Shown piece after piece: positions 9,744-17,600 of a stretch of 27,058 bases of DNA. The stretch's first letter is position 1. Every line of letters starts with the position of its first letter. Source of the DNA: Myxococcota bacterium. GTDB taxonomy: Bacteria; Myxococcota; JACRCW01. Location: the NCBI GenBank assembly GCA_040752415.1, contig JBFMGU010000145.1, positions 1-27,058 of the forward strand. Reading direction: 5' to 3'. Below the pieces are notes generated by a model, which did no database searches, had not been told where the DNA came from, and saw nothing but the letters and a program-made list of their open reading frames with translations. The position numbers were made by a program, and so were the translations under genes.

Positions 9744-11153
9744 GTGTTGAGGAAGTACGCACACCTGTTCCTGGCCCTGCTGTGGGCCTTTGACATGACG
9801 GTGTTGGCGGTCGCCTTCGTGGCCGCCTACCTGGCCCGCTTCTTCCTACCCGAGATCTTCCCGCCTTCGCCGTACGGCCCCTCGCCGCGGGATGAGTCGC
9901 TGCGACTGTTCGCCACCGCGCTGCCCATCTGGTCGCTGTGCTTCCACCAGCTGGGCCTCTACGGCCCCCGTCGGACGGAGCGGCGCGCGCTGGAGGTCTT
10001 TGCGCTGGGCAAGGCCACCCTGATGGCGGTGCTCTTGCTGGTGGCCTCCAACTTCTTCCTCGCCTCGGAGCGCTACAGCCGTGGCGTCATCCTGCTCTTC
10101 GCCGGGATCAGCTTCCTGATGTTCGCCGCCACGCGCATGGTGGCGCGCAACGTGCTGGCCTCCCTGCGCGTGAAGGGCTTCAACCAGCGCAGCGCCGTGG
10201 TGGTGGGTGACGGGGAGCTGGGCGCCGCGCTCATCCGTCGCCTCGCGACCCACCCGGAGTACGGCATCAAGGTGGTGGCGGTGCTGGGCAGCAACAAGGA
10301 GCGCGTGGGCCAGCAGGTGGAGGGCCAGCCTGTCACCGGCGTGTTCGAGGACGTGGCCGACGTCGTCACCAGCACCCGCGCCGACCAGGTCTATCTCGCC
10401 ATGCCCGGCGAGGAGCACATGCGGCTGGAGGCGGTGTTGGACCTCCTGAAGCCGGAGATGGTGGACGTGCGGGTGGTGCCGGACGTGCTGGATCTCATCA
10501 CGCTGCGTGGTGGCGTGGAGGAGATGGATGGGCTGCCCATTGTCCACCTGCAGAGCGGCCCGCTCATCGGCATCGACGCCGTCCTCAAGCGCGTCTTTGA
10601 CCTCGTCTTCGGCACCATCATCCTCCTCATGGCGGCGCCGGTGATGGCGTTCTGCGCGCTGATGGTGAAGGTCTCCAGCCCCGGCCCCATCTTCTACCGG
10701 CAGGAGCGCATGGGCCTGGACGGCCGCGTGTTCGGCATCCTCAAGTTCCGCTCCATGCCCGTCGACGCCGAGGCCCAGAGCGGCGCGGTGTGGGCCAAGG
10801 CCGGCGAAAACCGTGCGTTCCCGTTTGGCTCCTTGATGCGCAAGTACTCGCTGGATGAGCTGCCACAGTTCCTGAACGTCATCCGCGGGGAGATGAGCCT
10901 GGTGGGCCCGCGCCCGGAGCGGCCGGTGTTCATCCAGGAGTTCAAGCACCGCATCCCGCGCTACAACCTGCGTCACAAGATGAAGGCGGGCATCACCGGG
11001 CTGGCGCAGGTGGAGGGGTGGCGCGGCAACACCAGCCTGGAGAAGCGCATCGAGCGGGACCTGTACTACATCGAGCACTGGTCGCTCTGGCTGGACTTCA
11101 AGATCCTGGTCCGGACGGCGCTGGGTGGGTTCCTGTCCCGCAACGCCTACTGA
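9744..11153 (+). CDS. Undecaprenyl-phosphate sugar phosphotransferase (WcaJ/WbaP-type priming transferase)
   Basis: Four N-terminal TMs, a CoA-binding-like middle domain (VVVGDGELG), KRVFD, GPIFYRQERMG, KFRSM, SLDELPQFLNVIRGEMSLVGPRPE, GITGLAQV, DLYYIEHWS. GTG 9744 follows GGAG. Confidence 0.93.
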   Translation: MLRKYAHLFLALLWAFDMTVLAVAFVAAYLARFFLPEIFPPSPYGPSPRDESLRLFATALPIWSLCFHQLGLYGPRRTERRALEVFALGKATLMAVLLLVASNFFLASERYSRGVILLFAGISFLMFAATRMVARNVLASLRVKGFNQRSAVVVGDGELGAALIRRLATHPEYGIKVVAVLGSNKERVGQQVEGQPVTGVFEDVADVVTSTRADQVYLAMPGEEHMRLEAVLDLLKPEMVDVRVVPDVLDLITLRGGVEEMDGLPIVHLQSGPLIGIDAVLKRVFDLVFGTIILLMAAPVMAFCALMVKVSSPGPIFYRQERMGLDGRVFGILKFRSMPVDAEAQSGAVWAKAGENRAFPFGSLMRKYSLDELPQFLNVIRGEMSLVGPRPERPVFIQEFKHRIPRYNLRHKMKAGITGLAQVEGWRGNTSLEKRIERDLYYIEHWSLWLDFKILVRTALGGFLSRNAY

Positions 11154-11264
11154 GTGGCGACGTAAAAAGGGTTGCTGCGCGCCGCCGGCTTTCAGGTACA
11201 CTGGCCGGCCCCACCCCTGCCCGTCCGTTACGACGGGACACCCTGGTGGGAAGCTGAGGCACGC

Positions 11265-11429
11265 ATGAGCGGTCCCAACTACGAGACCATGATCGCCAAC
11301 AAGAAGGCCTCCGTCCGGCTCCGCGCCGCGCAGGAAGGTCCGCTCGAGGTGGCGAAGCAGCTTCTGGGAGACCCCAACAAGCGCGTGAAGCGGGCAGCCG
11401 AGCGGCGCGTGAAGGAAGGCGCCAAGTAA
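11265..11429 (+). CDS. Small basic 54-aa protein, HEAT/LRV-repeat-like
   Basis: MSGPNYETMIANKKASVRLRAAQEGPLEVAKQLLGDPNKRVKRAAERRVKEGAK. GAGG upstream, host-like codon usage, and TAATG stop/start overlap with the next gene. Confidence 0.65.
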   Translation: MSGPNYETMIANKKASVRLRAAQEGPLEVAKQLLGDPNKRVKRAAERRVKEGAK

Positions 11430-12061
11430 TGCCCGCTGCCTCAGGCGAGCTCGAAGACGCGATTGCGTCGCTGAAGGCCGGTGGCGTGGTGGCCTACCCC
11501 ACCGAGGCGCTGTACGCGCTGGCGGTGGACATCCGGAATCCCTCCGCCGTGGACGCGCTGCGGGCCCTGAAGGCGCGGGAAGCGCACAAGCCCTTGGCGC
11601 TCCTGGTGGCGGACCCGGCGCAAATCCACAGCGTGGTCTCGGACGTGCCTCCCGCCGCAGCGCGGCTCATGGCGCAGTTCTGGCCCGGCCCGCTCACGCT
11701 CATCTTCAACGCCCGTCCCGGCCTCCCCTCCGGCGTCACCGCGGAGACCGGCACCGTGGCGGTGCGTTGCAGCAGCCACCCCGTGGCGCAGGCCCTCAGC
11801 GCCGGCGTGGGCGGGGCCATCACGGCCACCGGGTGCAACCGTGCCGGAGGTCGGGCGGCGCGCTCCGCGGCCGAGGTGGACCCCGAGCTGCGTGGCTCGC
11901 TGGCCTGCGTGCTGGACGGGGGGCCGGCCCCCTCGGGAACACCGTGCACGGTGGTGGATGCGCGGCTGGACACGCCGTCCATTGTCCGCGTGGGGGCGAT
12001 TTCCGCCGAGGACATCCAGCGCGTCATCGACGAGCCCCGCGCCGAGCCCAAGTGGTGCTGA
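11429..12061 (+). CDS. TsaC/YrdC/Sua5-family protein (threonylcarbamoyl-AMP synthase-like), divergent motifs
   Basis: GGVVAYPTExxYAL, LKAR...KPL, FWPGPLTLI, TVAVR, LDGG, IVRVGAI. No Sua5 C-terminal domain. Confidence 0.88.
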   Translation: MPAASGELEDAIASLKAGGVVAYPTEALYALAVDIRNPSAVDALRALKAREAHKPLALLVADPAQIHSVVSDVPPAAARLMAQFWPGPLTLIFNARPGLPSGVTAETGTVAVRCSSHPVAQALSAGVGGAITATGCNRAGGRAARSAAEVDPELRGSLACVLDGGPAPSGTPCTVVDARLDTPSIVRVGAISAEDIQRVIDEPRAEPKWC

Positions 12062-12065
12062 CCGC

Positions 12066-13736
12066 TCAGCGACGTTTGTAGACGGTGTACAGGCGCACGC
12101 CGTCGTAACGCGCCTCGTGGACCACGGGCAGCGTGCGCAGTCGCATGGCCAGCGCGGGGTACGTGTTCCAGCGCCGCTCGTGGGTGAGCACCACGTAGTC
12201 GGCGTCGCGCTCGTCGCTGGTGAGGATGTCCCGACGCAGGTACCCGTCGCGCGCCAGCCAGTTCCAGGTGCGCACGTACTCCTTGTGGTTCGGCTCGAAG
12301 TGGACCTTGGCGCCGGGGGGCGCGTTCTCGTTCATCCAGCGGATCAGCTTCTTGTCGGCCACGTCGTAATACGTGTTCTCGAAGCCAATGGCCTCGGCGC
12401 CACGGATGCCCAGGATGGCTTCCCCGTAGTAGCTCAGGTTGTACGGGTGCACGGTGATGAGGCCCCACAGCCCGTTGAGCGCGGCCAGTGTCGTCGGGAG
12501 GAGCTGGGCGGCGCGCGCGGGCAGGCGGAAGAGCGCACGCAATCCCTCGGCCACCAGCGCGGCCCCGTCGGCGGCGAACACGGCCATGAGCGGGAAGAAC
12601 GGCATGAACAGCTTCTCCCCGCCGTACTTGGGCACCCCCGTGAACGACACGATGCCAATGGCCACGAAGGCCTGGATGAACAGGAAGGCGCGCAGGCTGT
12701 CGCGCTCGTCGTCACCATCCGCGGGCAACACGCTCCCCGCGACGAGCGGCACGGTTGCCTCCCGGTACAACGCGCGCGCGCCATGGGCCGCCCCCACCAG
12801 CATCAACACCAGGATGAGCAGCGGGGTGACGGCAACGAACATCACCCACGGCATGTGCCACGGCGGGATGGCCTGCGTGTACAGCTTGCCGAGGTAGTAC
12901 AGGTAGATGGGGTAGTGGTTCAGGTGGAAGCCAAAGTAGGCGCCCAGGCGCTTGGCGGTGTCGAACCACAGGTGCGGCCACAGCAGCAGGAACATGGCCG
13001 GCCCGACGAGAACCATGAGCGGCACGGTCAACGGCAGGGGCGGCAGGATCAGGCGACCACCCTCCACGCGCACCAACCGCGCCGCGCGCAACAGCCAATG
13101 CACCGCCACCGCCACGAGAAGGAACGGCGCATTGAGCTTGGTGAGGAGCGCCGCGCCAAAGGCCACCGCCGCCGCGTACGCGTGACGCAGGCTGCGTCGA
13201 CCGCGCCAGCACAGGTAGCCCGCCAGCGTGGTGAGACTGGCCACCGGGACGTCCAGCGTGGCCACGGTGGAGTGGAAGAAGAAGCGCGGCAGCGTGAACA
13301 GGCACAGCACCGCCGTCACCGCGCCCCAGCGACCGCGCAACAGGAACCCCAGGCTGGCGACGACGTAGGCCAGCAACGCAGCCAGCAGGCTGACGCCGGC
13401 GCGCGCGCCATCCAACGTCGTGAAGATGCCCAGGCGGTCGGTGAGGAGCCACCAGGTGAAGCCCATGACGTACTTGGCCATGGGCGGGTGCTCGTGGTTG
13501 GGCTGGAAGGCCCGGTCGATCTCTCCGCGCGACCACGCCCCCTGCTGGAACGTGAACGCCTTCCCCACCCAGCGCGCGTAGCTGATGCCGGCGGGCGCGT
13601 AGAAATCGTCGTCGTCGGTGATGCCGGTGGTGGGCAGCGCGGCCAGCAGCACCACCAGCACAACGAGGGAGAGTCCCAGCGCCCAGGCGCGTCGCCCGTC
13701 GTGGGCCAGCAGCCAGGCGCGCAGCGCGGTCATCAT
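12066..13736 (-). CDS. ArnT/PMT_2 (GT39-like) membrane GT-C glycosyltransferase
   Basis: GITDDDDFY acidic loop, NHEHPPMAKY, LPRFFFHS, TLDVP, ALLTKLNA, LWPHLW, many TMs and a periplasmic C-terminal domain. Confidence 0.85.
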   Translation of the reverse strand: MMTALRAWLLAHDGRRAWALGLSLVVLVVLLAALPTTGITDDDDFYAPAGISYARWVGKAFTFQQGAWSRGEIDRAFQPNHEHPPMAKYVMGFTWWLLTDRLGIFTTLDGARAGVSLLAALLAYVVASLGFLLRGRWGAVTAVLCLFTLPRFFFHSTVATLDVPVASLTTLAGYLCWRGRRSLRHAYAAAVAFGAALLTKLNAPFLLVAVAVHWLLRAARLVRVEGGRLILPPLPLTVPLMVLVGPAMFLLLWPHLWFDTAKRLGAYFGFHLNHYPIYLYYLGKLYTQAIPPWHMPWVMFVAVTPLLILVLMLVGAAHGARALYREATVPLVAGSVLPADGDDERDSLRAFLFIQAFVAIGIVSFTGVPKYGGEKLFMPFFPLMAVFAADGAALVAEGLRALFRLPARAAQLLPTTLAALNGLWGLITVHPYNLSYYGEAILGIRGAEAIGFENTYYDVADKKLIRWMNENAPPGAKVHFEPNHKEYVRTWNWLARDGYLRRDILTSDERDADYVVLTHERRWNTYPALAMRLRTLPVVHEARYDGVRLYTVYKRR

Positions 13737-14710
13737 GGCTCCACCACCAGCGTGATGCAGAAGTGCCGCGCGCCGTCGTGGTCGGTGGTGACCTCCACGA
13801 CGACGTCCGACGTGGACCCCGCCGCGGTCTCCAGCTTGTCCTCAACCCAGCCCGGCGCGTTGGCGTGCACCACGCTCCTGCTCGCGGCGCCGGCGGTGAG
13901 CCTCACGTTGACGTCGGCGGCGCCCTCCAGGCCCGCGGCCCCGTCGGCCAGCCCGTGGCCCAGCCGGAGCGCGCGCCCCAACGCCACCGACGGGAACGTG
14001 ATGGACAGCGTTGCGTCGGTGACCGGGTGCGCCCAGATGCAGCTGCGACCCGCGCCGCCCACCGGCAGCTCCCGCGGCCCCACGAAGTTCCACTCGTCCA
14101 TGCCCGGACAGTTCCAGCGCTGCGCACGCGCATCCCAGGCGTTGCACTCCACCGTCCGTGCCCCGCCCTGCACCTGGACCCGCGCGTCCTTGAGCCGGGT
14201 GCGCAGGTCGGTGGCTCCCGAGGGTGCCTCCGCCGCTGGAGCCGCCGCCTCCGCGCGCTGGCCGGCCCCGACGTGGAAGCGCACCCGCACGCCCTCCACC
14301 ACGTCTTCCCGGTCCACACCCGCCCGCCAGAGCGCGCCGGGGTCCGGGGCGGAAGGCCACAACACGGCAATGACCGGGCGCTTTCCGTCCATGGCGTCCG
14401 GCGGCAGCGCCAGGCCCACGTCCCATCCCGGCAACCGGGGCAGCAGGGCATTCATGACGTCGTCACGCCAGGGAGGATGCACCAGGACGAAGGCGCGGCC
14501 GTTCCCCTCGCGCACCTTGGCGGCCACCGCATCCAATGCGCTGTCCGTTGCCGCGGCGTCCCGGGTGCAGACGGGGTTGAGCAGCACCAGGAGCAACGCC
14601 AGCCCCCAGGCCACGGCGCCAACGCGTGCCAGCGGCCCCACAGCCGGCTCGGGCGCGGGGGGCGCTTGGGGCGGGGTGGTGACGTCGGTGGGAGGCGGCG
14701 TTCCGTCCAT
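13733..14710 (-). CDS. Membrane-anchored hypothetical protein with Cys-containing, possibly carbohydrate-binding C-terminal domain
   Basis: One N-terminal TM (VGAVAWGLALLLVLL). C-terminal beta-rich domain ECNAW...WNC...SCIWAHP...RHFC. ATGA overlap with the GT39-like gene. ATG 14710 preferred over 14824. Confidence 0.7.
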   Translation of the reverse strand: MDGTPPPTDVTTPPQAPPAPEPAVGPLARVGAVAWGLALLLVLLNPVCTRDAAATDSALDAVAAKVREGNGRAFVLVHPPWRDDVMNALLPRLPGWDVGLALPPDAMDGKRPVIAVLWPSAPDPGALWRAGVDREDVVEGVRVRFHVGAGQRAEAAAPAAEAPSGATDLRTRLKDARVQVQGGARTVECNAWDARAQRWNCPGMDEWNFVGPRELPVGGAGRSCIWAHPVTDATLSITFPSVALGRALRLGHGLADGAAGLEGAADVNVRLTAGAASRSVVHANAPGWVEDKLETAAGSTSDVVVEVTTDHDGARHFCITLVVEP

Positions 14711-14804
14711 GGGGGGCGCGAGGGCTAGCAGGTCCGCCCGTGCGCCGTCACGCCGTTCGTCCCCGCTGATCCGCGCGTGGCGTGGGCGAAATCGAAAGCA
14801 GCGC

Positions 14805-14834
14805 TTGACGCTGGGTCCGGCCAATCCTTACATT
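14805..14834 (+). promoter_or_regulatory. Putative sigma70-type promoter of dksA
   Basis: TTGACG (14805-14810), 18-nt spacer, TACATT (14829-14834), about 60 nt upstream of the ATG. Confidence 0.55.
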
Positions 14835-14892
14835 GGTGCGCTCGCTTCTCGCTGGAATACCTCGGCCCCCGTCGGGGCCATGGGGCCTTCCC

Positions 14893-15255
14893 ATGAACAA
14901 GAAAGACCTCAAGCGCTTCAAAGAGCTACTTGAGCAGGAACGCGACGAGCTCATCAAGAACGCCAAGAAGACGTTGCATGAAGAAGCAACCGTCGACCCG
15001 GATGACCTCCCGGACGAGTACGATCTGGCCTCGTCCGAGTATCACCAGTCCCTGGCGTTCCGGCTCCGTGACCGTGAAAAATTCCTGCTGTCCAAGATCG
15101 AGAAGGCCCTGGCCAAGATCGAGGACAACACCTTCGGCAATTGCGAGGAGTGTGGAGAGGAAATCTCCGTCAAGCGGCTGGAAGCCCGGCCGGTGACCAC
15201 GCTCTGCATCCGCTGCAAGGAAGAGCAGGAGAAAATGGAGAAGAGCTACTCCTGA
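14893..15255 (+). CDS. dksA: RNA polymerase-binding transcription factor DksA (DksA/TraR C4 zinc finger)
   Basis: Coiled-coil tip DEYDLA (DxxDxA), RDRE..LL.KI..AL.KI, and CEEC...RLEARP..TLCIRC zinc finger. 120 aa. Confidence 0.92.
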   Translation: MNKKDLKRFKELLEQERDELIKNAKKTLHEEATVDPDDLPDEYDLASSEYHQSLAFRLRDREKFLLSKIEKALAKIEDNTFGNCEECGEEISVKRLEARPVTTLCIRCKEEQEKMEKSYS

Positions 15256-15290
15256 TTCTTGGGAGTGGTTCCATCCCTCACCTCTCATCA

Positions 15291-15323
15291 CGCCCGGGCA
15301 TCCTCACAGCGAGGGCCCGGGCG
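15291..15323 (+). terminator. Possible hairpin/terminator after dksA
   Basis: CGCCCGGGC (15291-15299) pairs with GCCCGGGCG (15315-15323), with an inner CCTC/GAGG stem. Only a weak U-tract follows. Confidence 0.35.
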
Positions 15324-15441
15324 TTGGCGTTTGTGCTCCCGTCCGCGGCCTTTCTCCGTGCCTCCCCAAGCGCGGGCGTGGTAGCGTGCGCCTCCGTCGG
15401 TTCGCGGCTGGATCCCGTCCCGCGGACCGCGTCGGAGCCAG

Positions 15442-16914
15442 ATGGAACTCAATGAAATCCTGACGGTGGCCCTCAAGGGCGGTGCCAGCGACATCCACCT
15501 CAAGGCCGGCCTGCCTCCCATGTTCCGCATCGACGGGGCGCTGGTGCCTCTCAAGGACGCTCCCCGGCTCCCGCCGGAAGAAGTGTCCCGCATGGCCATC
15601 AGCATCATGAACAACTACCAGAAGGACAAGTTCAAGGAGGACAACGAGATCGACCTCGCCTACGGCGTGCCCGGTCTCGGTCGCTTCCGTGTGAACGTGT
15701 TCATGCAGCGCGGCGTGGTGGGCGTGGTGCTGCGGGTCATCCCGTTCAAGATCCTCACCATCGAGCAGCTCTCGCTCCCCAAGGTCCTCGAGAAGATCTC
15801 GCTGGAGGAGCGCGGCCTCATCCTGGTCACCGGCACCACCGGCAGCGGCAAGAGCACCACGCTCGCCGCCATGATCGACCACATCAACACGCACCAGACC
15901 TGCCACATCCTCACCGTCGAGGATCCCATTGAGTTCCTCATCCGCGACAAACGCTCCATCGTGAACCAGCGTGAGGTGGGCGTGGATACGCGGTCGTTTG
16001 CGCGCGCGCTGAAGAGCGCCCTGCGTGAGGACCCGGACGTCATCCTCGTGGGCGAAATGCGGGACCTCGAGACCATCGAGATGGGCATCACCGCCGCGGA
16101 GACCGGTCACCTGGTGATGAGCACGCTGCACACCCTGGACGCCACGGAGACCATCAACCGCATTGTCAGCGTGTTCCCGCCCTACCAGCAGAAGCAGGTG
16201 CGCCTCTCGCTCTCGTCGGTGCTCAAGGCCGTCATTGCGCAGCGCCTGGTGGCCAAGGCGGACGGACGCGGTCGTGTGGCGGCGCTGGAGATCATGGTGA
16301 GCACGGCGCGCACGCGGGAGCTCATCGAGGACAAGGACCGCACCAAGGAGCTTGCCGACGCCATCAAGGAAGGCGGCGTGTCCTACGGCATGCAGAGCTT
16401 TGACCAGGCGCTGATGGGCCTGCTCCAGAAGCAGCTCATCACCTACGAGGAGGCGCTGCGCCAGAGCACCAACCCGGACGACTTCGCGCTCAAGTTCAGC
16501 GGCGTCAGCGGCACCTCGGACAACGCGTGGGGCGACTTCGACGTCAACGCCCGCAACCAGGTGCCCAAGGCCCAACCCGCCAAGCCGGCCGCGCCAGCTC
16601 CCGCCGCCACGCCCGGTGCGCCGTTGCCCGCCTACGCGCGCGGCCCGACGTCCAACCCCGGTGTCCCCGTGCCTGGCGCAGTGCCAGGTGCCATCCCGGG
16701 CGCGCCGCTCCCCGGTGTCCCCGGCTACGCGGCCCCGCCCATTCCTCGTCCCGCGGGCGCCGCGCCGCCGTACGTGGCGGGTGGCAACACGCCCTCGGCC
16801 ACCAAGTTGCCGCCCATCCCGCCGCCCTCGCGGCCCGGTCAGCCCGCCCAGCCGGCCCAGGGCCAGCCCGCGGCCGCCAACCCGGATGAAGAGTTCAAGA
16901 TCGAGCGGTTCTGA
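15442..16914 (+). CDS. pilT: PilT/PilU-family type IV pilus retraction ATPase paralog with Pro-rich C-terminal tail
   Basis: ASDIHL, RFRVN, Walker A GTTGSGKSTT, TVEDPIE, QREVG, REDPDVILVGEMRD, AETGHLVMSTLH, GMQSFDQAL. Confidence 0.93.
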   Translation: MELNEILTVALKGGASDIHLKAGLPPMFRIDGALVPLKDAPRLPPEEVSRMAISIMNNYQKDKFKEDNEIDLAYGVPGLGRFRVNVFMQRGVVGVVLRVIPFKILTIEQLSLPKVLEKISLEERGLILVTGTTGSGKSTTLAAMIDHINTHQTCHILTVEDPIEFLIRDKRSIVNQREVGVDTRSFARALKSALREDPDVILVGEMRDLETIEMGITAAETGHLVMSTLHTLDATETINRIVSVFPPYQQKQVRLSLSSVLKAVIAQRLVAKADGRGRVAALEIMVSTARTRELIEDKDRTKELADAIKEGGVSYGMQSFDQALMGLLQKQLITYEEALRQSTNPDDFALKFSGVSGTSDNAWGDFDVNARNQVPKAQPAKPAAPAPAATPGAPLPAYARGPTSNPGVPVPGAVPGAIPGAPLPGVPGYAAPPIPRPAGAAPPYVAGGNTPSATKLPPIPPPSRPGQPAQPAQGQPAAANPDEEFKIERF

Positions 16915-17347
16915 TCTGCGCACGCGCGCCCTGGCGGCGTTGACCCGCAAGGAGCGCACGCAGTCGGAGCTGGTGGCGCTGCTTTCCCGGCACGCCCCGA
17001 CGGAAGAATGCCAGGCGCTGGTGGCCGCGCTGGCCCGCGAGGGCCTGCAGAGCGACGAGCGCGCCGCCCTCTCCCGCGCCCGTGCCGCACTGCGCCTGCG
17101 TCGGACCCGTTCCCGCGCGGAGCAGGAGCTGCAGGCCGCGGGGGTGGATCCGGCAACCGCCAGTCGCGCGGTGGCGGAGGCCTACGCGGATCACGACGAC
17201 CAGCAACGCCTCCACGACGCCCTCCAGACGCTTCGCGGCACGCCGCCCGCGCTCCGTCTCAAGGCCGCCCGCAAGCTCATCCGCCAGGGGTTTGACCCCG
17301 AGCGTGTGGAAGCCGCCCTCCAGGACGCCACCGAGGACACGGGCTAG
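16886..17347 (+). CDS. recX: Regulatory protein RecX-like
   Basis: From ATG 16886: RALAALTRKERTQSEL...GLQSDER...ELQAAGV...KLIRQGF, which fits the RecX three-helix repeat pattern. 153 aa; overlaps pilT by 29 nt. Confidence 0.78.
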   Translation: MKSSRSSGSDLRTRALAALTRKERTQSELVALLSRHAPTEECQALVAALAREGLQSDERAALSRARAALRLRRTRSRAEQELQAAGVDPATASRAVAEAYADHDDQQRLHDALQTLRGTPPALRLKAARKLIRQGFDPERVEAALQDATEDTG

Positions 17348-17359
17348 GTTGTCGTCGAG

Positions 17360-17439
17360 CGTTCCCGCTCCCGACCCGGCTTTTGACCCTGGGTTCCCCG
17401 TGCGCTGGCGTGCTGTCCAAAAGGCCGGGAGCGGGAGCG
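17360..17439 (+). other. Long imperfect hairpin in the recX-rel intergenic region
   Basis: CGTTCCCGCTCCCG (17360-17373) pairs with CGGGAGCGGGAGCG (17426-17439), 14 bp with one G-U. An inner CTTTTG/CAAAAG stem extends it. Confidence 0.6.
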
Positions 17440-17600
17440 GCAAGGGAAGGCGGACCGGTCACCACCCGGGGGCCAACGCGGGTAGGACACCGGACCACAG
17501 TGAGAATCCGCGGGCCTGAGCATGCCTGAGCAGACAGGATGAGCTATCTTCGACGTGGTGCGTCGTCGCACCGTGCCCTGCCCGCGAGCAACCCAGGTTC

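Noticed and set aside
9448..9764. Short ORFs containing EVRSQESGVRS-type peptides (also 21896-22159)
   Set aside because: These are translations of the heptamer repeats, not credible proteins.
11841..14933. 1030-aa plus-strand ORF
   Set aside because: Antisense shadow of the GT39-like gene and its partner, with no recognisable motifs. Long shadow ORFs are expected at this GC content.
16616..16885. Longer 243-aa start for the recX ORF
   Set aside because: The extension overlaps the pilT Pro-rich tail in another frame and is not RecX-like. ATG 16886 gives a typical RecX length.
17348..17600. Assignment as 6S RNA, SRP RNA, tmRNA, RNase P RNA or a bona fide ykkC riboswitch
   Set aside because: Diagnostic motifs or complete stem architecture were not recognisable by eye. 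Kept only as an unassigned structured region.
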